From Acidimicrobiia bacterium (lineage in GTDB: Bacteria > Actinomycetota > Acidimicrobiia > Spongiisociales > Spongiisociaceae), in NCBI GenBank assembly GCA_041576165.1, contig JBFGLM010000005.1:32001-96000 (forward strand): DNA of 64,000 nucleotides, given 5' to 3'. This document shows positions 1 to 9,057 of this stretch, in pieces. Under the pieces are notes generated by a model that was given only the letters and a program-made list of their open reading frames with translations, had not been told where the DNA came from and ran no database searches. Within the stretch, counting starts at the first letter, position 1, and the number at the start of each line of letters is the position of its first letter. The translations under genes were made by a program, and so were the position numbers.

Positions 1-39
1 CAATCCCCCGAAAGGGCCGAGATGTCGGCGATGCGGAAG

Positions 40-165
40 CTACGAGCGCCCGGTCCCGTTCACGAGTGCCAGCGTCCCGCCGTTCGGGTACGCATCGAGG
101 ATCTGCGCCGCCTCGGCCGGCAGTTCGACGTCCAATGCCATTGCCGAGGCGACCGAACGACGCAT
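40..165 (-). CDS. Possible small protein (41 aa), divergent from the giant operon
   Basis: ATG at 165 preceded by GGGGAGG; MRRSVASAMALDVELPAEAAQILDAYPNGGTLALVNGTGRS*; no recognised motif. Confidence 0.3.
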   Translation of the reverse strand: MRRSVASAMALDVELPAEAAQILDAYPNGGTLALVNGTGRS

Positions 166-321
166 GAGTAAACCTCCCCAGGTGCGTATCGGCGCGAGCC
201 GATCAATCCGACACAATCGCGTCTGCGCATCCTGGATGACAATCCCAGCACGAAGGGCGCAAAACCAGTAGGTTCGCCCAGGATCGGCGGGCCAGTCGCT
301 GGCAGAGGACGGGAGGATGGA

Positions 322-3300
322 GTGTCCGAAGAGGGATTCGGTTCGAACGCGCGGGTCATCTCTGCCGGCCCCCACCGCGCAGTCCTCACCGTCAACGACG
401 ACGGTTCGCTCGAGATAGATCTGCGGGAAGACGTCGACCCACGCCTCGTCGACGACCCGGCCGCGTGGCGCCGGTTGCTCGCCGATCTTGCCCCCGGCCT
501 GGCGATCGTTCCGCTGCCGACCGGATCTCCGGCAATCACCCTCGCCGAGGCGGCCCTCCGCGTGCGCTGGTCGGCGCCGGCCGGCACGACCCTGCGTTAC
601 GGGCCCGCCACCCTCGTTGTCGAGCGAGCGGTCGACCTGCTGATCGAACTGGCCGACACGTCCCAGCTGTTGATGATCGGGGACAGCGCGGTGGCGGCAT
701 CCTCCCATCTCAGCTGGCTCGAGCCGGGGCGTGAGTTCCTCGAGGTGTACCCCGCCGATACCGGCACCTTCCTGTCGGCGAACGGTCGCTTCCAGGCACC
801 GGGCACGGAGGACGCGCCCGCCACGCTGCTGGAGTTCGACCCGCTGGGAAACGATGTCCCACAATTCCTGGTGGACGCCGAACTCGAGACCGTGGCCTCG
901 AACACCGACGCCAAGCTGCCGATCCTCCGCAATGCCGCCCCGTTCCAGCAGCTGGTCGCCACGTCGGTCGGGCCCGGATTGGACGGCGCCGTGGCCACCC
1001 GGCTGCAGATCGACGTCGGACGGCTGGTTCCGAGCCCCACCCTCACCAACCACTCGCTACTGGATGCGCGACACCTGGCTCTTACAGTCGACCATGGCGC
1101 CGGCTTTCCGCTACTGGCGTCGCCGGAGGGCGTCGCTTTCTCGTATCCGGTCGATCCAGGTGCGTCGGAAGGGCCCCTCCGCTGGAGCTTCGAGCGAGAC
1201 GATGGCGCGGCCGACGAGCCGCTATTCGTCCTGGCCACCGACAACGCCGACCATCGCCTCGTGCTCGCCAAGGGGGTGACGGCTCGGCTCATGTATCACG
1301 GAGTCAGTCGCGACCCGATCCGGTTCATCGTCGAGAGGTTCGAGATAACCCGCAAAGGCGTCACCGCCGACGCACGGGTGGCGGACGATCCGGTGCGGCT
1401 GAATGGCGTGGACACCAGCTTCCGGTTCACCGACGGTCTGATCCAGATCCGCGATGGGGTGATCGCCGACTTCACGCTGCGCGGCTCGGGTCCACTGCCG
1501 CCGGCCCTCGTCGGACAGGGCACCGCCGACGTTTCGATCCGTTTCTCGGACACAGCGGGTGGCGTCGCCCCGGTGGATGCGGGAGCTGCGCTCACCGAGG
1601 ACCGGCCGTTGTTCAGCCCGGACGTCCTGTTCGAGTACGCAGTCGACGCTCTTGGCCTGCAATTCGTCGAGGAAGCGGAGGCCTTCCACTTTTACTTCAC
1701 TATGTCGGGCAACGCCACGTTCTCTCCGGGACCCGACTACCCCTCCACCAACCTGCTGGCCCAGCTTGACGTCGCCACTGTCGGTCTCATCGACGCGCCT
1801 CTGGCGGGCGACGCATCGGTGCTCGCCCGCCACATTTCTTTCACGGTCGAGCTGGCGGAACCCGCCAGTTTCGCCGTGCTCGGTTGCTTCGACATGCAGA
1901 TCCAGGCGGTCGGCTTCCATCCGTCGTACTACCCGTTTGACGGTGACGCCGGCCTCGAGCTGGCCGGCCAGGTCAAGTTCGCGGACGGCGAAGGCGACAA
2001 GGCCCTAGGGGTGGAGAGCCGGCACAAACTGGTCATCGGAGCACCCGCGCCCGGCACGTTCGTTCCGCGGGTGCATTTCGTCGAGCTGGCGATCGTCGTC
2101 GAGAAGGGCGACGCTTTCAAGCTCGATGTCGTCGTCAACTTCTACGACGACGAAGACCGGGCCGGGTTCGATGGAGAAGGAACCTTGGAGATCAAGGGGC
2201 TCCCCGGCCTAGCGGTTGCGGTCGGATTCATGCGGGTCCGCCGGCCGGTCGACGACAAGTGGCTGCGGGCGTGGTTCATCGCGGCCAACGTGTCGAAGCT
2301 CACCCTGCGGGTGCCCGTGCTCGAGTTCTACCTGCGGGAGATCGGCCTCGGTTTCGGCTACCGCTACACCCTGGCCTCAATCGCGGCGGCCGACGAGACC
2401 GACGATGTCGGCGACTTGCTCGAACGACTCCGGGAGCTGTCCCGCAGCCAGGGTGACCTGGCGACACGGGATGCTTGGGCCGTCAGCCTGGAGGAACCGG
2501 AGGCCGATCCGCGTTGGACCATCGCGCTCCGCGCCCTGTTCTCCCAGTCCGCATCGCCGTCCTCCACGCCGATCCGCTGGAACGAAGCTGCGGAAAAGAA
2601 CGTGCCGTCGGCGTTCTTGTTCGACGTCGTCGCTTCAATTCGCTCGGACCTCGTGTTCTTCATCGCCGCCCGGGCGTGGATCAACACGAACTACTACGAC
2701 TACGTGATGGATGTGGACGAGGCGATCCGGTCGAAGCCGTTGTTCACCGGATTTGCGCTGCTCGAGCCACGCAAGCAGCGGTTCCTGGCCCAGATCGCAT
2801 CCAATCCCGAAGGGTATCTCGGATCACGGCCACCACTCCCAGATTTCATTCAGGCCGCGCTTCGTAACGGGCAGTTCGCTGCAACAGTCCTCATTGAGCC
2901 GAACCTGTTCCATGCCGAACTGGGCTGGCCCAACCAGCTGCGCTGGGGTATGGATTTCGGGCCGCTACGCGCTCAGGTGCGGGCCGGTCTCATCTACCGG
3001 ATTGCCCAACGGGGGAGCACCACGGACCTGGTCATCGGTATCAGCTATCTGGCGCGCGCCTCGATGCGGTTCAGCGCCGGCGTCAGCGTCGGTGTAGCCG
3101 GGGTCGATCTCATCGCGACCGCCGATGGCAGTTTCGGCGCCAGGCTGATTGCGGCGGCCCAACTCGGCAGTGGTCGAAGCGCGATGCAAATCTATGGCGC
3201 AGTGGGTGTCGACATCCGGATCAGGATCGAACTGCGGGTCTGGATCGAGTTCCTGTTCATAACGAAGACGTGGACGTTCGCGTTGGAGATGCAGTTCACG

Positions 3301-6300
3301 GCCAGCCTCGAGTTCGGCGTGATCGTTGACGGCGCCACCACGGCCGGTATCCGGGGCCGGGGAACGCTGCGCATCCGGGTCCTGGGTCGGTCGTTCGAGG
3401 TGCGGGCCCGGATCGAGTCGGGTGGGAGCCGGGTCGACTCGGCCCGTAGTGCCACCGAGCGCTACCTGAGCATTGGTCTCGAAGCGGATGAAGAGGCGAC
3501 CCGAGCGATACCGGGAACCCGGCCGGCGCAGGCTGCCGCCGGGAACGGCCGGCGCCGGGTCGAGACCGCGGTCGCAGCCATGCCGGCCGAGGCCACTACC
3601 GAAGCGCCAGTGAAAGAACCGGAGCCCCAGCTGAGCGCGGCCCGGTACGACGTATTCGTGGTGCGGCCGGCCAACCCGGGCGACCCGGCCTTTGCGCTGC
3701 TATACCCGTCCGGGGATGAAGGGTTTGTTCCCGTCCCACCGGCGGATTCGAGTATGGGGGACTTCCGGCTGGACGTTCCTGAGGGCGTCACCAGCCTGGA
3801 ACGATGGGAGCCGCAATCGAGCGACTTCGTTGTGGCCGGCACCGGATCTCATGAGTGGTCGGCCGACTGGGTCACCAAGATCGCCTCCCGCGACGAAGTC
3901 GAGAACCCGCCCGAAGACGCTCGGGACGTGACGCTGGGCGTTTACCTGGAACCGGCATTCGTGGAGGGCGGTGATCCGCCCCCGCTGGTCGTGGATGCGT
4001 CGCTGTCCGACGGCCGCGTCAAGGCGCCCAGCGAGGCGGCGTATGAGTCTGCCGTCCGGGGCGCCTTCGAGCAGTTCCGCAACTCGCCCCTGTTCAAGCC
4101 CGACCCCGACTCCACATACGAGCGAGCGCTGAGCAACGCGCTGAACCCAAAGACGACCATCTATCCCGAGCAAACCGACGACGACGGACTCGCCGGTCCG
4201 ATCGAGGGAGCCCGCCAGTACCGGGGGATGGTGGTGCACAACATGGTCGATGACGTTCGGGCGTATGCCGCCGGGGACAACTCGGTGGTGGGAACCTCTC
4301 CGGCGTTCCTGCTGGGGCTGGTGCTGCGAGTCGACGCCGGCAGCGACTGGCTGGCCGGAGAGGGCGGCGATCATGTGCCGGCGCTCGGGCAGCGGGTCGG
4401 GCCCGCCACGGCGAGCGAGCCGCAACCGTTGCGGGTCTTCAACCGGGTTCGTGACGACTTCGCCCAGCGTCCGCCGCGCCTCGAGGACATGCGTACCTTC
4501 ACCGACGCCACCACCGTGGCGTTCTCGTGGGACCTGGTGTGGGACGGCGAACCGAGCGAGTCCGATGAACGGGATGAGCCGGAGCACCACCTGGCCCATT
4601 ACCAGGTGACGCGTAGGGCGCTGGACGACGGCATGGATCAGATGACCACAACCGTCAAGCCGGCCGACGTGCTCGAGGCCGGGACCGCGGATGACCCGTT
4701 CAGCGTGCGGGCGTTGCGACCCCGATTCCAGTTCGTCGACCATTTCGGGCACGAAACCGACGCGGAGATCGCGGCACTGCCGGCGTCCGGCAAAAGCTAC
4801 ATCTACACCATCACGCCGGTCGATCTCAACGGTTCGCAGGGCCGTGGCGTGTCCGTGATCGCAACCCGGTATCCGAACGAGCCGCCGGCGGTCCCGGTCG
4901 ACACCGACCTGGCCGTCACCTATCAGATCACTGCCGGCTCTTTTGAGGCAGTCGAAAGTGCTCGACCGCCGGCGTTCGAGCCTGACCGGATCCGGATCAG
5001 CTGGACGCGCCCCACCATTCCGGTGGGCGCCCCCATCGTCGCGATCGGGGAACACCGGTTGGTTTTCCGCCGGATGGAGACGATGGCGATCGGCAGCTAC
5101 GGAATCGACGCAGCGACCACGGGAGACTTGCCCAGCAGCAACGCCCGGGTCCGGCCCGACGACATCGTGATGGAGATAGAACCCGGCGAGCCGGATCGGA
5201 TGGGCCGGCACGAAACCGAGCTGATGCTCGACGATCTCCGGACGGCCGGAGTGTTCCCGGCCGAGGCGTGGCTGGCCGAGGGCTGGCGCGTGTTCATCCA
5301 GACCGTCTCCGCCGCAGAGGTGCCGTCGGCGCTGGTCCCGGTGAAAGTCCTGCTGCGGTTCGAAGGGGATGGTCACAGCGAAGAGCGGCACCCATCCCAT
5401 CTCGAATGGATCACCCGCCCCCTCGACTTTCCTGCTGTCACACCGCAGGACGGGTCGGCCAGGCCCATGCTGGTGCATGTGCCACAGCCGCGCGCCGGCG
5501 ACGGGGACCTCGACGCCGCATACGGTCCACATCCGGCCGGGCGACGGGCGGTGCGGGTGAGATGGAACCAGGCTCCTTCCAGCCCGGGCGAGACCCGATA
5601 CCCGACCGCATTGAGCGGCGGGTTCCAGGTGTTCCGGCTCGACGTGGATGCGCAAGGGCCGGCCACGTTTGCCGATGCGGCCGGCCTCACGGCAGCTCTC
5701 GAACGCATCGATGAGGTCCGGCTGCAACCGCCCGACGAGATGGGGCTGGTACCCAGTACCACCCTGACGCCCGCTGAATGGGAGGCCTGGTACCCCGACC
5801 AGAGTGCGACCCGCGACTGGTCCGGGCACCGGCTGCGCTGGCCTGTGCGTCATGACGAGTCCTTGCGCGGCCGGGCGTCATCGGTACCGGAGTTCATCCA
5901 TCCGCTGCTGCGGCACATCGTGGCCGCAATCGACGAGCGCTACATCGTGAATCTGCAGGCCGGCCGGCCGTTGAACGCGGGCACTTTGGAAGAACTGATG
6001 AGCGTGACCGCCCCGGCGGCGGACCCGTACGGCTGGGCGCTGCTCCAGCACCTGGGTCTGAGCGTTGCCCTCTCGTTGCGTGACACCCAAACCGGGCAGG
6101 TTGTGACCGGCGACCGGCTCCGCAACGTGGTTGCAGCCGCCGTTGAACAAGCCCGGGCCGCGCCGGCCGTGTCGGAGGAGGAAGAGGCGGTCGTGGACCA
6201 CGGCGCCGCCCCCCACCTGGTCACGGAACTGCTATTCAAGTCGGATGCTGCGGTTGGCGCCGCTCCCGCCCCGGCGGCACCCGAGCAGCTGCTGGCACTG

Positions 6301-9057
6301 ATCCAGCTCAGCCTGCGGCCCCTGGTGGTGGCGATCCCACCTGAGGCCACCGAAGCCGATCGTGCCCGGCTGATTCAGAGCGAGCGTGAAGGGCTGGCGC
6401 AAAACGCCGAACATCTCCAGCTGGCCGAGGAGCTGCGCCGGATTGCTCTTGACGAACCGGCACAGGTCGAGACCTGGCTGCACCGGTTCGTCGTCACCGC
6501 CTCGCCCGAACAGGCGCAGAGCCCGCCCATTGCCACGGCGTACCCGCGTCCTAGCGCACCGGCGATCGCCAGCCCCGACCCGAGCGGACGTGTGACTTAT
6601 CACGACCTGATCACCGACGGGTGGGCCCACGCCTACCGCTACTACCTGCAGCCCTACAGCCGCTACGACCGGCTGTGGGCCAGCCTCGCCGGTGCTCCCG
6701 GTTTTGCCCACCTGGCCGAGGGCTCGAGCGTGCGACGGCCGACCGATCCGCCGGCAGTGGACCCCGAGGCCGGCGGCATCGACGCCGTGCTGGAACGCAC
6801 CGCACCGCTCGCCGCACCGGTGATCATCAGCTCGACCCGGATCGACACGAAGGCCGAAAGCCCGGCGACCACCACTTCGCCGGGGCGCACATGGGAAGTG
6901 GCGCTGGCGCAGCACCCGGAACAGGTGCTCTCGGAACGCAACCGCACTCTGTCCAGGCTGCTGGACTACCGCCAGATCGCGTTCACGATCTTGCGACGCT
7001 TCGTCGCAGACGTCGAAGCCCTGAGCAGCGTGCAGATCAACCCCGACGACATCGCGCTCCCCGGACCGGTCCGTCAGGAATTGCCCGAATCTGTTGGACT
7101 GGACCACATTGACCTGAACGCGCTGACGGATCACGACCGCGCCACGCTGGCTCTGCCCGAACGGATCGGGGGCTTCGGTGCGGGGGCACTGGCCGTCCAA
7201 ATCGACCACCTGCCGTTCTATTACGAACACGCCCTGATCGCGGTAGCCCAGACTTCAGAACTCGCCTCCGCCCCGGTGAGCACGATCCATCGCGAGTTCG
7301 GATACCGGTCCCCGGCCGCGGCAGGCAGCATGAGCGTGGTGAGTGACCCGGAGATGGGACCCCAGCGCCACATCGCAGTGCCGCTGGCCCGGTTCTGGGA
7401 CGCTCTGACCGAGGAGCAGCAAGGGCTGTGGCCGGCTGAGGAGCCGGAATCGGCCGTGCGGCGTCCGGGCGCAGTGCCGGATCCGGACGTGTCATACGAG
7501 ATCCTGCTGGCGGTGAACGGCACGGTCAGCATGGTGGCCCGCGTCTACTTCGACCGGCCCGATGGAGTTGAGTCGGCGGGACCCGGCTGGAGAGTGGCGC
7601 CCGCCGGCGAGGACTTCCCGGTTCGTCAGGCCGGCGCAATTCTCGCCAGCGCCGATCTGGCCGCGCGGGACCGGTCGGTCGTCGTGGAGATCGGTCCATC
7701 CGGGATCCAGCCCCACCCGCCCAGTTTGGTATGGGTGAGTGCATCCACGGTGGTGCCCGACGCGGCCGGCGCGGCCCTCGACGTGGCACCCCGCGACGCC
7801 TGGAACGTGGCGCTCTACGGCAGAGATTCGATCGATCTGTCCGGCGTTGTGGTCGTACCAGCCCTCGCCCCGGCCCTGGCGCGGGTGGCGTCGATGGCCG
7901 AGAAGGAGGAAGTCGTCACGACCACCTTCGACCCCACGCGGCCGCTGCCACCCATCGACGCGCTCATGGGCGACATCGACGACGTCTCGTATGTGGCCTT
8001 CGAGTGGACGCTACCGCCCGACGATGAGTCGGTGGCGCGCTTTGGCGAGGCGCTGAGCGGCGGCGTCATGCCCGAGCGAATCTCCGAACCCCTGGTGCGC
8101 CTCCACGAACGGCTACGAGCCATGCAGGAGCCGATCGTCGAGGAGGTGGGAGTGAGCTTCGAAGAACTCTTCCCCGACGACACTCTGCAGCGGCCCGAGG
8201 ACAATCTGGTTGTCTGGACGGGCGAGCCGAGTCTGATGCGGGAGATCGATTCGATCATCACCCGTCTCCCCAGCCTCGGCCTGGATGCCGCCGAGGCTGC
8301 CGGCCAGCTGATCGACCAACTGCAGCGGCTGCCGGATGCATTCGTGGAGCTGTGGGGACGTGACACCCTCGCCGCGGATCTTGGAGGGGACGATGCCGAG
8401 TCCCTGCTCGACGCCTTCGCCGGCGCGCCGCCCGAAGTATTCGACGTGGCCGAGCGACTCATCAGCGATGCTGATCTCCGGGCTCGACTGCGCGAGGTCA
8501 TGGCCGAGCATCCGGGCAAGCGGATCACCGTCGCCCACGACGGCGTCCGCCCGCGGCCGAGTCCCGATCAGGTGGCCGGGGCGACCGACAACAGGCTGCG
8601 GCTGGCGGGCGGCGTGCTCACCTGGCAGGGCTTCGCCAACGAGCATCACCTCGAGATGCTACGCGGGCTGAATGGCGACCCGGACTTCTTGCGCGGCGTC
8701 CACCAGGTGGCCGACCGGATCGAATCGGAGCACCTGCCACCACTGCGGGTGGAGACGGGTGCCGCCGTGCCCGTGACAGCCGGCCTCGAGGGCACCGACG
8801 CCGAACACCGGCTGGTCGTGTCGCCGTTCGTTTGGCGCCAGGACAGGTTTCTCGACCTGGCGGACGCGACGGCTGCGGCCCGGGTGGCCGCGCCGGCGGA
8901 TCGAGCCGCCATCGAGCTGCAGTTCCGGCAAGCCCTCCTCCACGATCTGGGATCTGGAACATTCCAAATCCGGGCTCGGCGGGCGGGTGCTGAGCCGAGC
9001 TCACGGTTGCCGATCGAGATACCGAGCGTCTCCGGGGGAGGAGCATCGAATGGCTGA
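322..9057 (+). CDS. Giant hypothetical protein (2911 aa): beta-rich N-terminal region, FN3-like modules, C-terminal degenerate repeats
   Basis: 8.7-kb uninterrupted ORF; GTG start with GGGAGG at 311-316; protein-like composition; FN3-like pattern VAFSW..YQVTRR..FVD..GKSYIYTITPVD. Confidence 0.93.
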   Translation: MSEEGFGSNARVISAGPHRAVLTVNDDGSLEIDLREDVDPRLVDDPAAWRRLLADLAPGLAIVPLPTGSPAITLAEAALRVRWSAPAGTTLRYGPATLVVERAVDLLIELADTSQLLMIGDSAVAASSHLSWLEPGREFLEVYPADTGTFLSANGRFQAPGTEDAPATLLEFDPLGNDVPQFLVDAELETVASNTDAKLPILRNAAPFQQLVATSVGPGLDGAVATRLQIDVGRLVPSPTLTNHSLLDARHLALTVDHGAGFPLLASPEGVAFSYPVDPGASEGPLRWSFERDDGAADEPLFVLATDNADHRLVLAKGVTARLMYHGVSRDPIRFIVERFEITRKGVTADARVADDPVRLNGVDTSFRFTDGLIQIRDGVIADFTLRGSGPLPPALVGQGTADVSIRFSDTAGGVAPVDAGAALTEDRPLFSPDVLFEYAVDALGLQFVEEAEAFHFYFTMSGNATFSPGPDYPSTNLLAQLDVATVGLIDAPLAGDASVLARHISFTVELAEPASFAVLGCFDMQIQAVGFHPSYYPFDGDAGLELAGQVKFADGEGDKALGVESRHKLVIGAPAPGTFVPRVHFVELAIVVEKGDAFKLDVVVNFYDDEDRAGFDGEGTLEIKGLPGLAVAVGFMRVRRPVDDKWLRAWFIAANVSKLTLRVPVLEFYLREIGLGFGYRYTLASIAAADETDDVGDLLERLRELSRSQGDLATRDAWAVSLEEPEADPRWTIALRALFSQSASPSSTPIRWNEAAEKNVPSAFLFDVVASIRSDLVFFIAARAWINTNYYDYVMDVDEAIRSKPLFTGFALLEPRKQRFLAQIASNPEGYLGSRPPLPDFIQAALRNGQFAATVLIEPNLFHAELGWPNQLRWGMDFGPLRAQVRAGLIYRIAQRGSTTDLVIGISYLARASMRFSAGVSVGVAGVDLIATADGSFGARLIAAAQLGSGRSAMQIYGAVGVDIRIRIELRVWIEFLFITKTWTFALEMQFTASLEFGVIVDGATTAGIRGRGTLRIRVLGRSFEVRARIESGGSRVDSARSATERYLSIGLEADEEATRAIPGTRPAQAAAGNGRRRVETAVAAMPAEATTEAPVKEPEPQLSAARYDVFVVRPANPGDPAFALLYPSGDEGFVPVPPADSSMGDFRLDVPEGVTSLERWEPQSSDFVVAGTGSHEWSADWVTKIASRDEVENPPEDARDVTLGVYLEPAFVEGGDPPPLVVDASLSDGRVKAPSEAAYESAVRGAFEQFRNSPLFKPDPDSTYERALSNALNPKTTIYPEQTDDDGLAGPIEGARQYRGMVVHNMVDDVRAYAAGDNSVVGTSPAFLLGLVLRVDAGSDWLAGEGGDHVPALGQRVGPATASEPQPLRVFNRVRDDFAQRPPRLEDMRTFTDATTVAFSWDLVWDGEPSESDERDEPEHHLAHYQVTRRALDDGMDQMTTTVKPADVLEAGTADDPFSVRALRPRFQFVDHFGHETDAEIAALPASGKSYIYTITPVDLNGSQGRGVSVIATRYPNEPPAVPVDTDLAVTYQITAGSFEAVESARPPAFEPDRIRISWTRPTIPVGAPIVAIGEHRLVFRRMETMAIGSYGIDAATTGDLPSSNARVRPDDIVMEIEPGEPDRMGRHETELMLDDLRTAGVFPAEAWLAEGWRVFIQTVSAAEVPSALVPVKVLLRFEGDGHSEERHPSHLEWITRPLDFPAVTPQDGSARPMLVHVPQPRAGDGDLDAAYGPHPAGRRAVRVRWNQAPSSPGETRYPTALSGGFQVFRLDVDAQGPATFADAAGLTAALERIDEVRLQPPDEMGLVPSTTLTPAEWEAWYPDQSATRDWSGHRLRWPVRHDESLRGRASSVPEFIHPLLRHIVAAIDERYIVNLQAGRPLNAGTLEELMSVTAPAADPYGWALLQHLGLSVALSLRDTQTGQVVTGDRLRNVVAAAVEQARAAPAVSEEEEAVVDHGAAPHLVTELLFKSDAAVGAAPAPAAPEQLLALIQLSLRPLVVAIPPEATEADRARLIQSEREGLAQNAEHLQLAEELRRIALDEPAQVETWLHRFVVTASPEQAQSPPIATAYPRPSAPAIASPDPSGRVTYHDLITDGWAHAYRYYLQPYSRYDRLWASLAGAPGFAHLAEGSSVRRPTDPPAVDPEAGGIDAVLERTAPLAAPVIISSTRIDTKAESPATTTSPGRTWEVALAQHPEQVLSERNRTLSRLLDYRQIAFTILRRFVADVEALSSVQINPDDIALPGPVRQELPESVGLDHIDLNALTDHDRATLALPERIGGFGAGALAVQIDHLPFYYEHALIAVAQTSELASAPVSTIHREFGYRSPAAAGSMSVVSDPEMGPQRHIAVPLARFWDALTEEQQGLWPAEEPESAVRRPGAVPDPDVSYEILLAVNGTVSMVARVYFDRPDGVESAGPGWRVAPAGEDFPVRQAGAILASADLAARDRSVVVEIGPSGIQPHPPSLVWVSASTVVPDAAGAALDVAPRDAWNVALYGRDSIDLSGVVVVPALAPALARVASMAEKEEVVTTTFDPTRPLPPIDALMGDIDDVSYVAFEWTLPPDDESVARFGEALSGGVMPERISEPLVRLHERLRAMQEPIVEEVGVSFEELFPDDTLQRPEDNLVVWTGEPSLMREIDSIITRLPSLGLDAAEAAGQLIDQLQRLPDAFVELWGRDTLAADLGGDDAESLLDAFAGAPPEVFDVAERLISDADLRARLREVMAEHPGKRITVAHDGVRPRPSPDQVAGATDNRLRLAGGVLTWQGFANEHHLEMLRGLNGDPDFLRGVHQVADRIESEHLPPLRVETGAAVPVTAGLEGTDAEHRLVVSPFVWRQDRFLDLADATAAARVAAPADRAAIELQFRQALLHDLGSGTFQIRARRAGAEPSSRLPIEIPSVSGGGASNG

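Noticed and set aside
3700-5853. 717-aa antisense ORF and the many other overlapping ORFs across the window
   Set aside because: Shadow frames of high-GC coding genes; Arg/Gly/Pro-rich with no motifs
8987-9049. Upstream GTG start for giant protein 2
   Set aside because: ATG at 9050 has a GGAGGAG RBS and a typical short overlap with the upstream stop
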